From the IMG/VR virus record IMGVR_UViG_3300017780_003951, positions 1-40,857 of that record: a DNA stretch of 40,857 nucleotides; one strand, given 5' to 3'. Below the pieces are notes generated by a model. It ran no database searches and was not told where the DNA came from. It saw only the letters and a list, made by a program, of their open reading frames with translations. This DNA comes from a virus (lineage: Duplodnaviria > Caudoviricetes). The first letter of the stretch is position 1. The number at the start of each line of letters is the position of its first letter. Below, piece after piece: positions 1 to 8,438 of this stretch. The position numbers and the translations under genes were made by a program.

Positions 1-126
1 GCAAATTAAAGCTGCTTCTTTTGCTTTTTTTATACTTGTGTAACACTCATTTTCGTCTATCCATATAGTAGAATGGTTTTTATAAATCTCTACTAACTCA
101 ATTGCTTCTTCTCTTGCACTCATCAT
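1..126 (-). CDS. N-terminal part of small hypothetical protein (MMSAREEAIELVE...ALIC) continuing at the other window end
   Basis: Hand-translated; open to position 1; paralogous to 40588..40761 (MSAREEAVELV...ALICVDE). Confidence 0.75.
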   Translation of the reverse strand, partial: MMSAREEAIELVEIYKNHSTIWIDENECYTSIKKAKEAALIC

Positions 127-290
127 TTAAAATTTGTTTTATGAATTATAAATTTATCTGTTATAATTGGAAATTTTAAACGCGCTAATGTATGGTATTT
201 TAAACTTTCAAAATCACAACACTTTTTTAAATTTCCGTAAGTTTCTATTCTGTCGCCTTTAATGAATACTATTATTGATTGTCTTTGCAT
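123..290 (-). CDS. Hypothetical protein, 55 aa (MQRQSIIVF...KTNFK)
   Basis: Hand-translated, below ORF-track cutoff; ATGA overlap with downstream gene. Confidence 0.6.
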   Translation of the reverse strand: MQRQSIIVFIKGDRIETYGNLKKCCDFESLKYHTLARLKFPIITDKFIIHKTNFK

Positions 291-356
291 GTTTTTAAAT
301 GTTTTTTTCTTTTAGTTTCATTATTAAAATGCGTTACAGTAGCATCCCTGATTTAG

Positions 357-563
357 TTAGTTTACTTTTTTAGCATTTTTTATAGCTTCTTCTTTTGTAT
401 ATCCATATCCTAAAAAATCTGCTGTATCATCACCAAAAACAACACATAAGGGAGTTTCGTTTTTAATGTTATTTGACAATTTAGCTTCTTTTTTAGATAC
501 TTTAGACACTAATACTTGTACCGTTTTTCCGTTTAATTCTGTTGTTGAAAAAGTAAGTTTCAT
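357..563 (-). CDS. Hypothetical protein, 68 aa
   Basis: ORF track; A-rich start; promoter box at 596-603. Confidence 0.65.
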   Translation of the reverse strand: MKLTFSTTELNGKTVQVLVSKVSKKEAKLSNNIKNETPLCVVFGDDTADFLGYGYTKEEAIKNAKKVN

Positions 564-595
564 AATTTCTATTTTTTTAGTTGTTATTTCTTTTA

Positions 596-603
596 CAAAT
601 ATA
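596..603 (-). promoter_or_regulatory. Putative Bacteroidetes sigma-A -7 element TATATTTG
   Basis: Matches TAnnTTTG, intergenic, about 30 nt upstream of ATG 563. Confidence 0.55.
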
Positions 604-659
604 CGACTAATTTTGATACTACCAAATAAAAATACAATTATTTTTAAAATATTTGTAAA

Positions 660-1091
660 TTACAATTTAAAAACTACAAAATTAAAATCAAAGTTTGGTA
701 CTCCTACGGGGTTTGTGTCAATTATCACATCGAAACTATTAACGGTTGGATTGTCGTAAGATAAACTTCTTCTTTTACCGTTTACCATAATAACGTAGTC
801 ATTGTCGATTTGCGGCGTTAAAAAAGTAATTCGGTATGTTGTGTTGTTTATCTTGGTTGTCGTCGCTCCAAAGCCTTTTAATAACGTTCCTGCGTTATTT
901 ACTACTCCCATACAAATTGCTGTATAGGGTGCTGTGTATTGAACTCCTGTAGAAGTAGCTTCAACTGTACCTGTTGTTAGGCTTCTTACCCTTAAAGAAC
1001 CATTAACGTCTAGCGTATTTGTAGGGTTTGTAGTCGATATTCCAACTTGGCAGATTGCGAAGATTGGAAATAATAAAAAAAGTGTTTTCAT
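660..1091 (-). CDS. Secreted protein with Bacteroidetes-type VGIxTTxP..LDVNG motif
   Basis: Likely start at 1091 (MKTLFLLFPIFAIC-Q, signal-peptide-like with Gln at +1), then VGISTTNPTNTLDVNGSLRVR. Confidence 0.65.
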   Translation of the reverse strand: MKTLFLLFPIFAICQVGISTTNPTNTLDVNGSLRVRSLTTGTVEATSTGVQYTAPYTAICMGVVNNAGTLLKGFGATTTKINNTTYRITFLTPQIDNDYVIMVNGKRRSLSYDNPTVNSFDVIIDTNPVGVPNFDFNFVVFKL

Positions 1092-1095
1092 TTGA

Positions 1096-1296
1096 TTAGT
1101 TTTTAAATGTTTCATTGTAATAATCTTCACTTAATAAAGTCCCTATTACTCCAGTTTTATAAGCCTCAATAATCTGTTGCTTTTCTTTTTCTAATTGGCT
1201 ATTAAAAAACTCAAAACTTTCATCTGTTAAATAAAAATTTTGTTTTAAATAATTGATTAATTCCTGCATTGCTGTCAATTTCTTTTCTGTGCTCAT
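1096..1296 (-). CDS. Hypothetical phage protein, 66 aa (EKEKQQIIEAY motif)
   Basis: ORF track; co-oriented, tight packing. Confidence 0.7.
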   Translation of the reverse strand: MSTEKKLTAMQELINYLKQNFYLTDESFEFFNSQLEKEKQQIIEAYKTGVIGTLLSEDYYNETFKN

Positions 1297-1357
1297 AATC
1301 TTATTTTTTTTAGTTACCGCACCAATAGTTAAATCAGTGCGGATTTGTTAGTTAGTT

Positions 1358-2440
1358 TTAAGACAATTTCAATTCAGCTAATTCAGCCATTAATAAATAT
1401 TGTTTCTCAAAGTTAGTTCCTTTATGTGATGTTTTTACTTTTTCTTTAAATTCTAAAATAGTACCAAAGAAACAACCACAAGAAACTTTAATTATATTTT
1501 CTTCTTTTGTTTTAAAAAACGTAGTGTTTCTGTTTGAAGAACCGAATTTACTAAATACACAAAAGTCATTATCTGATTTTAATTTTGCGTCACCATAAAC
1601 CTTTGCGTCACCAAAAACCTCTGCGTTACCATAAACCTCTGCGTCACCAAAAACCTTTGCGTCACCATAAACCTTTGCGTCACCATAAACCTTTGCGTCA
1701 CCATAAACCTTTGCGTCACCAAAAACCTCTGCGTTACCAAAAACCCATGCGCCACCAAAAACCCATGCGCCACCAAAAACCTTTGCGCCACCATAAACCT
1801 TTGCGTCACCAAAAACCTCTGCGTCACCAGAAACCCATGCGTTACCAAAAACCTTTGCGTTACCAGAAACCTTTGCGTTACCAAAAACCCATGCGACACC
1901 AGAAACCTCTGCGTTACCAGAAACCCATGCGTTACCATAAACCTTTGCGTTACCATAAACCTCTGCGCCACCAAAAACCCATGCGTCACCATAAACCTTT
2001 GCGTTACCAGAAACCTTTGCGTTACCAAAAACCTTTGCGCCACCATAAACCTTTGCGTCACCATAAACCCATGCGTCACCAAAAACCTTTGCGTCACCAG
2101 AAACCTCTGCGTTACCAGAAACCCATGCGCCACCAGAAACCTTTGCGCCACCAGAAACCTTTGCGTTACCATAAACCTCTGCGTCACCAGAAACCTTTGC
2201 GTCACCATAAACCTTTGCGTTACCATAAACCTCTGCGTCACCAGAAACCTTTGCGTTACCATAAACCTCTGCGTCACCAGAAACCCATGCGTTACCAGAA
2301 ATATTTTCTTCTTTTTCAACCCACCCTCCTAAAGTTCCAATCTCTATTGATTTGAATTTTTTAGTAGCTTTAATTCTAAATAATTTAACTCCAAATGCAT
2401 TGATTTTAAATTCTTCTGTTAACTCGAAATGCTTTTTCAT
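1358..2440 (-). CDS. Hexapeptide-repeat (predicted left-handed beta-helix) protein
   Basis: 39 full G-[NDGV]-A-[KEW]-V-[SYF] repeats between non-repetitive N-terminal (LFRIKA...LGGWVEKEENIS) and C-terminal (VSCGCFFG) caps. Confidence 0.85.
   Translation of the reverse strand: MKKHFELTEEFKINAFGVKLFRIKATKKFKSIEIGTLGGWVEKEENISGNAWVSGDAEVYGNAKVSGDAEVYGNAKVYGDAKVSGDAEVYGNAKVSGGAKVSGGAWVSGNAEVSGDAKVFGDAWVYGDAKVYGGAKVFGNAKVSGNAKVYGDAWVFGGAEVYGNAKVYGNAWVSGNAEVSGVAWVFGNAKVSGNAKVFGNAWVSGDAEVFGDAKVYGGAKVFGGAWVFGGAWVFGNAEVFGDAKVYGDAKVYGDAKVYGDAKVFGDAEVYGNAEVFGDAKVYGDAKLKSDNDFCVFSKFGSSNRNTTFFKTKEENIIKVSCGCFFGTILEFKEKVKTSHKGTNFEKQYLLMAELAELKLS
1586..2296. repeat. 18-bp tandem repeat, 39 full units plus a partial
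   Basis: Minus-strand unit GGT RDC GCA DRG GTT THT read directly. Confidence 0.95.
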
Positions 2441-2460
2441 AATCTTATTTTTTTAAATTA

Positions 2461-2548
2461 AAAAAGCCTTTTAATACTCTCAAGACTGGTACTCTTGATT
2501 TCCTAAAAGGCGATTCGTTTATTTTTTCGTCCATCAGTACCAGTGATG
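2461..2548 (-). ncRNA. Putative structured 5' leader: two hairpins with complementary 9-nt loops, ending in a terminator-like stem and U-run
   Basis: Minus strand CATC[ACTGGTACT]GATG ... GCCTTTTA-GGAAA-TCAAG[AGTACCAGT]CTTGA-GAGTAT-TAAAAGGC-TTTTT. Confidence 0.55.
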
Positions 2549-2563
2549 TTTAAATGACATACG

Positions 2564-2571
2564 CAAATGTA
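2564..2571 (-). promoter_or_regulatory. Putative -7 promoter element TACATTTG
   Basis: TAnnTTTG match, intergenic, just upstream of the structured leader. Confidence 0.6.
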
Positions 2572-2602
2572 TAAAATGTTTTTTTAATGTGCAAGGTTTA
2601 TT

Positions 2603-3529
2603 TTAAAAAAGTGTGTTTTTAATTATATCCCCTTTACCGTTCCAAAATATAGACTCAAATACTTTCTTTTTATTATTAGTAGCTGATAAACTACTTCGGT
2701 GTGAAAACATTTCTATCTTTTCAAAAGGTGCATCGTACTCGCTTAAATAGGCTGGGTATTCTAAATCACTAAACCATTCATAAAAAGCATCGTGATTAAA
2801 ACCACCCTCTTTATATTCACCCGTTCCTTTGTATGGAATATCGCAATAAATTATCGGATTACTTCCTTGTATTAAAACTTTTTCGTAACTTGTGTTATTT
2901 GTCTGTAGGTTCTGTAGGTTCTGTAGGTTCTGTAGGTTCTGTAGGCGTGTTAAGTGTTCTACTAATTCTAAATTTTGAACATCGCATCTTTTTTCAGTTA
3001 TTTTTTTAACGTGGCTACAAAAAGCTAATCTTCGTTTTTGAATATCTTTTATTTTAAATATACCTTCCATATTTAAACCTAACTTAAACATTGAGGTTTC
3101 GTCTAAATTAACAATTAATTCGTGTGCAAGTCTTTTAAATTCTTCAATATCAGCACCATACAAATATGAATTTTGACTATTACCAAAACTCCAGCAACTC
3201 ATAACAAAACCAGAAAACCAATCCGCCTCGCTATTACTTTTATTTATTTGCTTTTTAAACTCTTCACGTGTTACCCATTCGTAAAATTTAGGTTCTAATT
3301 CTTTATTGTTTTTAATATACTCTACTAAACTATAAATATGTTTATTTAATTCGTTGTAGTGTACGTTAAAACGATAATCTCTTACTGCAGTAAAACTAAT
3401 TGAACCGCCACCACCAAATAAATCGTAAAAGTCTGTTGTTTTTTCGTGTCTGCTTGTAATTTTTTCTAATATTTGAGAAGCTAATTTTCTTTTACTTCCC
3501 ATATACGGTATTCCTAAATTTTGTTTCAT
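2603..3529 (-). CDS. DNA adenine methyltransferase (Dam/D12 class)
   Basis: PYMGSK, DLFGGGGS (SAM-binding motif I), YNELN, YCDIPY (DPPY-like motif IV). Confidence 0.85.
   Translation of the reverse strand: MKQNLGIPYMGSKRKLASQILEKITSRHEKTTDFYDLFGGGGSISFTAVRDYRFNVHYNELNKHIYSLVEYIKNNKELEPKFYEWVTREEFKKQINKSNSEADWFSGFVMSCWSFGNSQNSYLYGADIEEFKRLAHELIVNLDETSMFKLGLNMEGIFKIKDIQKRRLAFCSHVKKITEKRCDVQNLELVEHLTRLQNLQNLQNLQNLQTNNTSYEKVLIQGSNPIIYCDIPYKGTGEYKEGGFNHDAFYEWFSDLEYPAYLSEYDAPFEKIEMFSHRSSLSATNNKKKVFESIFWNGKGDIIKNTLF
2902..2945. repeat. 9-bp tandem repeat (TCTGTAGGT), 4 full copies plus 8 nt, inside the MTase, encoding LQN repeats
   Basis: Read directly. Confidence 0.95.
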
Positions 3530-3586
3530 AATTATAGTATTTTACGTTCTTCAATTTGTATATTGTTTTTTTAATATGCAAGGGAT

Positions 3587-3727
3587 TTAGAATAAAATTA
3601 ATTGAACCCCGTATTTTTTTTCTTTACGCCATTTTTCGCAATCTATTTTTATTTGTTTTAATGCTTTTTTTGTTCTTGGATGAGCTAACCACTCATCGTA
3701 TGTAAATGGATATTTTAGTGGTTTCAT
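3587..3727 (-). CDS. Hypothetical protein, 46 aa (MKPLKYPFTYDEWL...)
   Basis: Hand-translated; ATGA-coupled to upstream ORF. Confidence 0.5.
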   Translation of the reverse strand: MKPLKYPFTYDEWLAHPRTKKALKQIKIDCEKWRKEKKYGVQLILF

Positions 3728-3888
3728 TTCGTTTCAATTTTAATCCCGTAATCGAACCACATTATTTTTTTGCGGTTCTCTGGGGTGTAGTTTTTTCTAA
3801 TTTTTGTTATATCCTCTGTTTTATATTTTTTGCAATTAGGCGTAAATATTTTACAACTATTTAAGCAATGTTTGCATAAGGTCTTCAT
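3724..3888 (-). CDS. Small Cys-rich hypothetical protein, 54 aa (MKTLCKHCLNSC...)
   Basis: Hand-translated; fills gap after VRR-NUC gene. Confidence 0.5.
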   Translation of the reverse strand: MKTLCKHCLNSCKIFTPNCKKYKTEDITKIRKNYTPENRKKIMWFDYGIKIETK

Positions 3889-4189
3889 ATTGTTTTAAGT
3901 TTCTAATTAGTAAATATTCAAATCCTAACGCCTCGACTTTATTCTGGAAGTTTTTTTGCACTTCTGACTGGATCCCTTTTTCAGTTTTCAACTCTAAAAA
4001 TATTATTCTGTTTGGCGCCATTATTATCAAATCTGAAATACCAGCCATTGTTCCTGTTTTTTTTAATTTCATTGCTTCGATTGGATTTCTTGATCCTCCA
4101 TTTGGTACGCTAAATATCAAATTGTCATTTTTTAAGTTTCGATTTCTAAAATCGATAACTATTTTCTGTTGTAATTGGTCTTCTGTCAT
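3857..4189 (-). CDS. VRR-NUC domain nuclease (putative junction resolvase)
   Basis: MTEDQLQ...FSVPNGG...GISDLI...FLELKT...QSEVQ pattern. Confidence 0.9.
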   Translation of the reverse strand: MTEDQLQQKIVIDFRNRNLKNDNLIFSVPNGGSRNPIEAMKLKKTGTMAGISDLIIMAPNRIIFLELKTEKGIQSEVQKNFQNKVEALGFEYLLIRNLKQYEDLMQTLLK

Positions 4190-4190
4190 A

Positions 4191-4450
4191 AAAAGGTTAC
4201 TTTAAATTATTAGTGTTTATTGGTGTTCGCATTGTTTTTTATTAAAAAGTAACCAGTAACCTTTTTCTTTTTTGAGAGTTATATATAAAAATAAAAAAAC
4301 ACTATTATATAATATTATGTATTATTATGTATTATTATATAGTTTATATATATATTTAGGTTACTAGGTTACTTTCTTTCTTAGCTCTTTATTTTTCAAT
4401 ACTTAAGCGGTAACCTTTTAAAAGTTACTTTAGGTTACTAGTAACCTTTT
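4191..4450. other. Putative replication origin: GGTTAC/GTAACC repeats around an AT-rich core
   Basis: 8 exact hexamers (4195, 4249, 4256, 4359, 4367, 4410, 4433, 4441); palindrome AGGTTACTAGTAACCT 4432-4447; non-coding, next to primase-helicase. Confidence 0.65.
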
Positions 4451-6622
4451 TTAAAGGAACGTTTGCTCGCTTATTTCTTCTTTTATCCACAATTTGTAGC
4501 CTTTTTTAGAGACTCCATCTGTTTTATAAAGTTTATAATCATGTTTATTTTTTATAAAAATATCCTTTACATCGTATTTTGAAACAGGAAAAGAAGATTT
4601 TATATTTAAAAAATGAAGCACTTCACCTTGATTAAAAATTACGGACTTGCAAAAATCAATATTACCATCAAAAGAAAAGTGATTGAAAAACATTTCTTCA
4701 ATAGGCATTACTTCAATGTTTTGATTTGTATTTTCAGCTAAATAATTAATATCTTCACTACTATATATTTTCCAATCAAAGTCTTCACGCCATAATTTAA
4801 ATGCTTCACGCCATAAGTCATCTGTATTAATTTTAATCATTTCATCGTAATTAATACTTTCAACATTTAAAGGTAAAATTCTTCGATTTCCTGTAACATC
4901 TTTTAAAACTGATACATCATTACTGGTTCCGCATAAAGACGCTTTACGTTTCATTTTTGAATAATAAGCGGAGTAAGGCAATCTTATATCTATTTGGTTT
5001 GCATCTGCTATTTTCTTGAAGTCTTTCACGTCTTTTGTTGCCAGACCACCGAACTCGTCATCTAGTACAATTAATCCTTTTACTAAATTATAAATAGAGT
5101 CTTTGTCCTTGCTGTCGATTTTATGTTCAATTAAATATTTTTTAAGATCATTAGGTAAAAGATTTCTAAAAAAAGAAGTTTTACCAGTACCTTGTTTTTG
5201 GCCACATAAAACCAAAGTTAAAGGACTTACTTTTGTTTCATTGTGTGGGCTTATCCAGTTATGTACACATCCGACAATCCATTTTTTAAACGCCCATTTA
5301 TTATAATCGTTTTTTGGCTGTATGCAATCAATGTATTTATCAATGTTTCCAGACTCAAATGTTTTACTTTTAAAAAATTCATTTAAAGGATTAAAGACAG
5401 GTGTTGCTTCTGAGTTTATCATATCCCTAACGTCTGATTTGTTTACATTAAAATCTAAACAATTCTTTGCAGAAAAATAGATAGTATTTAATTTAACATC
5501 GTCTAAAATTATATCATTTACAAATATTTCGTTTGTGATTGAATCTCTTACTGGGTTAAAATTATCTAATATAAATTTTTTAAGTTGGTTTACTTCTGTA
5601 TCGTCGTTTTCAACTTCATACTTTATATTAGAATCGATTAACGTTTGTATTAACTTTTCGTCTGGATTATCAATTTTTAATATTTCGGTAATGTGTTTCT
5701 TTACGCTTTCTATTGTTGGTGTGCCTTGTGCTTTTTGTGCTGCAACTGTTGAAATAGTTTTTTTTGTTTTTTCGCTATAAATCTCAATCCCTTCTTGTTT
5801 TACATAATGGTAAAAAGTAGCTATTGTGACATTTCCTTTTTTACAAAAGTTTTTATAGTGTTTTTCTATTTTCTCTGGTTCGTACTTAGACCCGTTTTGA
5901 CAAATAGATTTAAAATAATTTAAACCACTTTCTCCGAACTCGGAACCAATAGCAAAGCCAATATTAACATATCTTTGATAATCATCTTGACAAAGATCAA
6001 TATTTGATAATTTATTTAAAACCTCAGTAAAATCATCATGTACAAAAATAAAGTTTTCTTTTTCTTTTGGTTTTTCAATTTTGCTTTTTGCAACAAGTTT
6101 TTTTGATTTTTCATTATAGAACAAATAAGGATCATAAGAAAAATAACGCAATCGGTTTTTATTTTTACAACTTGGATCAATTGTTAAATTAAAATTATCC
6201 CAATAGTATTGTCCTAATTCGTGAAATGATTCAATGAATTTATTAGGATTAATTTTTACAAAAATGCAAACCCCATCACCACCAAAAGACCTATGAGAAA
6301 TAAAAGTATATTTGTCTTGATTAATTTTTGTAATTGTTTCAATATCTACTTGATCATCAATATCAATAACGATTAAACCGTTCATTTCTTGAATATTACT
6401 CTCAATTTTTGAACCTTGATTCATAATTGCAGAACCAGTTATACAAGGCATTTGTGATTTTAAAAACTTATATTGTTTTTCATCATTTTTTACTGCACGA
6501 GCTTTTAAAACAATATCCTGATATTTACCATTTTTTACGGAATCAATATAAAAATCTAAATCAATATCGATTTTATTTTTATCTAAAACATTCTGATAAC
6601 TACTAAATTTTATCGGTTCCAT
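4451..6622 (-). CDS. Primase-helicase (VirE N-terminal/BT4734-like, PriCT-2-like, VirE/VapE P-loop ATPase)
   Basis: IVIDID, SFGGDG, DPSCKN..RLRYFSYDP; Walker A GQKQGTGKT; LDDE; GTSN; TGNRR. Confidence 0.88.
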   Translation of the reverse strand: MEPIKFSSYQNVLDKNKIDIDLDFYIDSVKNGKYQDIVLKARAVKNDEKQYKFLKSQMPCITGSAIMNQGSKIESNIQEMNGLIVIDIDDQVDIETITKINQDKYTFISHRSFGGDGVCIFVKINPNKFIESFHELGQYYWDNFNLTIDPSCKNKNRLRYFSYDPYLFYNEKSKKLVAKSKIEKPKEKENFIFVHDDFTEVLNKLSNIDLCQDDYQRYVNIGFAIGSEFGESGLNYFKSICQNGSKYEPEKIEKHYKNFCKKGNVTIATFYHYVKQEGIEIYSEKTKKTISTVAAQKAQGTPTIESVKKHITEILKIDNPDEKLIQTLIDSNIKYEVENDDTEVNQLKKFILDNFNPVRDSITNEIFVNDIILDDVKLNTIYFSAKNCLDFNVNKSDVRDMINSEATPVFNPLNEFFKSKTFESGNIDKYIDCIQPKNDYNKWAFKKWIVGCVHNWISPHNETKVSPLTLVLCGQKQGTGKTSFFRNLLPNDLKKYLIEHKIDSKDKDSIYNLVKGLIVLDDEFGGLATKDVKDFKKIADANQIDIRLPYSAYYSKMKRKASLCGTSNDVSVLKDVTGNRRILPLNVESINYDEMIKINTDDLWREAFKLWREDFDWKIYSSEDINYLAENTNQNIEVMPIEEMFFNHFSFDGNIDFCKSVIFNQGEVLHFLNIKSSFPVSKYDVKDIFIKNKHDYKLYKTDGVSKKGYKLWIKEEISEQTFL

Positions 6623-8156
6623 ATTTTTTAATTTTTGTTTCTGTTAGTATTTTTTGTGTTAGTGTGTTGTATTTTACATTTTTTGAATCTTTCAAAATTG
6701 ATCCAATTACTTTAAAATAAAAAGGTCTTAAATGTAGTCTAAATTTTTCATTAAACTGACCGTTAAATTCGTGATACTCAAAAGTTTCTTTTTTTATTTC
6801 TAGTTTACAAAGAAATTTAATCCATTTATCTTTAAGAACTTTTAACGCTTCATATTTTGTAGATCCTTTATTTATAAAAAAATTAAGATCTATTACTGGG
6901 GGGGGCAATTTATTTATTTTTCCTTTTATTATAAATTCTTTTTGTTCTACTTCTTCTGGTTTTTCTTTTATTGGAATAGGTTCCCCGCAATTAGGGCAAA
7001 TTTTATCTTTTACAGGAAAATTAAAACCGCAACTTTCACATTCGTGAGTATCTTCTAAAATATTTTTTATTTTACGATCATAAAATATTTTTTTCCAATC
7101 ACGATCAAATGAAAATATCCCGTGCTCTTCATTGTTATTTCCCCCATCTATTAAAGTAAAATAAGGCTTTTCTATTTTTTTTGTTGTTCTGGCGCCACGC
7201 CCTGCGATTTGGATCCACAAAGATAAAGACTTTGTAGCACGTGCCATTAAAATAACCTCAACATCACAAACATCAAACCCTTTTGTAAAACATCCTGTAT
7301 TTATTAAAACTGCATCACGTTGGTTTTTAAACCATTCTATAACTTCGGTTCTTTCTTTCGCTTCATTGTTTACACTATCATAAGTACGAACGTTTTTATC
7401 TTTAAATAATTCCGCATAGATTGCGTTAGTTTCTGTACTACTTGTAAAAATCATTGTTTTTTTACCGTCGCAAATTTTATCAAATGTTTTACGCAATGCG
7501 CCTTTATAAGACTCACTTTGAAAAACTTCTTTTAGTGAAGCTGCCGTAAATTCTCCAGAAGCATCTGTTTTAAGTGGCGAACTGTCAAACTCTATATATT
7601 CGTTTTTCTCCGGCACCAAATAACCGTTTTCCATCAACCAACTAATAGGTTTACCGCAAACAATATCATCATAAACATCGCTCATTGTTTCGACTGCTGT
7701 TTGTAAATCGTTTATTTTATAACGACTTAGTCTTACGGGCGTTGCTGTAAATCCGATTATTTTACAATCTAATAAAAAAGGAAATATTTTATTAAACTCA
7801 AAAATGTGGCATTCATCAATTATGCAGTAATTAAATTTAGGTATTTTTTTTCTACGGTTCCAAAGTGTTTTAACCATTGCAACAATGATATTGTTTTCTG
7901 GTATTTTAGTATTCCCAGCTAATACACACCCGACGTCTAAACCTTGCTTTTTAAAGGTGTCAACCGTTTGATTTACTAGATCAATACTATCTACTAAAAT
8001 TAAAGTTTTTTCATTTAGTTGAGAAACTAATTCTGTAAAAATAACAGTCTTGCCACCGCCTGTAGAGAGTTGACAAACAATCTTATTATTAACTTTAATA
8101 CTTTCAAGTATTTCATTTAAAAGATCTTGCTGGTATGGTCTTAAAGTTTTTTTCAT
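6603..8156 (-). CDS. SF2 DEAD/DEAH-box helicase with C-terminal Zn ribbon
   Basis: LRPYQ, STGGGKT, DECH, TATP, GFD, QIAGRGAR; CESC...CPNC. Confidence 0.93.
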   Translation of the reverse strand: MKKTLRPYQQDLLNEILESIKVNNKIVCQLSTGGGKTVIFTELVSQLNEKTLILVDSIDLVNQTVDTFKKQGLDVGCVLAGNTKIPENNIIVAMVKTLWNRRKKIPKFNYCIIDECHIFEFNKIFPFLLDCKIIGFTATPVRLSRYKINDLQTAVETMSDVYDDIVCGKPISWLMENGYLVPEKNEYIEFDSSPLKTDASGEFTAASLKEVFQSESYKGALRKTFDKICDGKKTMIFTSSTETNAIYAELFKDKNVRTYDSVNNEAKERTEVIEWFKNQRDAVLINTGCFTKGFDVCDVEVILMARATKSLSLWIQIAGRGARTTKKIEKPYFTLIDGGNNNEEHGIFSFDRDWKKIFYDRKIKNILEDTHECESCGFNFPVKDKICPNCGEPIPIKEKPEEVEQKEFIIKGKINKLPPPVIDLNFFINKGSTKYEALKVLKDKWIKFLCKLEIKKETFEYHEFNGQFNEKFRLHLRPFYFKVIGSILKDSKNVKYNTLTQKILTETKIKKYGTDKI

Positions 8157-8284
8157 ATTTCATAAAATATAAAAACACGTAACTGCATTATCAAAATAAG
8201 CGCTTATTTCTTATTGCTATGTTATCCGCACACCACGTGATAAGGTTCGTTATATCCGCCAGAGTTACGTATTTAAAAAGTAAA

Positions 8285-8377
8285 ATTCCATTAAGTCGGC
8301 AGTATTGTGAGAAGTGCCTTCCTAATGGAATCTTTATAATATTTTCGATATGTTTGTAATGCTTCTCACTTCATCAC
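8285..8377 (-). ncRNA. Second putative kissing-loop structured leader
   Basis: Minus strand GTGATG[AAGTGAGAAG]CATTAC ... ATTCCATTA-GGAA-GGCA[CTTCTCACAATAC]TGCC-GACT-TAATGGAAT-TTT. Confidence 0.5.
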
Positions 8378-8394
8378 TCCTGCAATATTACGAC

Positions 8395-8434
8395 AAAAAA
8401 AAATACCTACCAAATAAATTGATAGGTATTTTTT
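8395..8434 (-). terminator. Rho-independent terminator after SSB gene
   Basis: AAAAAATACCTA...TAGGTATTTTTT inverted repeat with T-runs. Confidence 0.7.
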
Positions 8435-8438
8435 GTGA

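Noticed and set aside
1586-2296. DGR-like adenine mutagenesis or CRISPR array
   Set aside because: Variable sites do fall on adenines of one unit, but the silent A in GCA never varies, there is no reverse transcriptase or template/variable pair, and there are no unique spacers.
1579-2355. Long alternative-frame ORFs 1579..2319 (-) and 1585..2355 (+)
   Set aside because: Shadows of a stop-free 18-bp repeat; only 1358..2440 has substantial non-repetitive caps and a good start.
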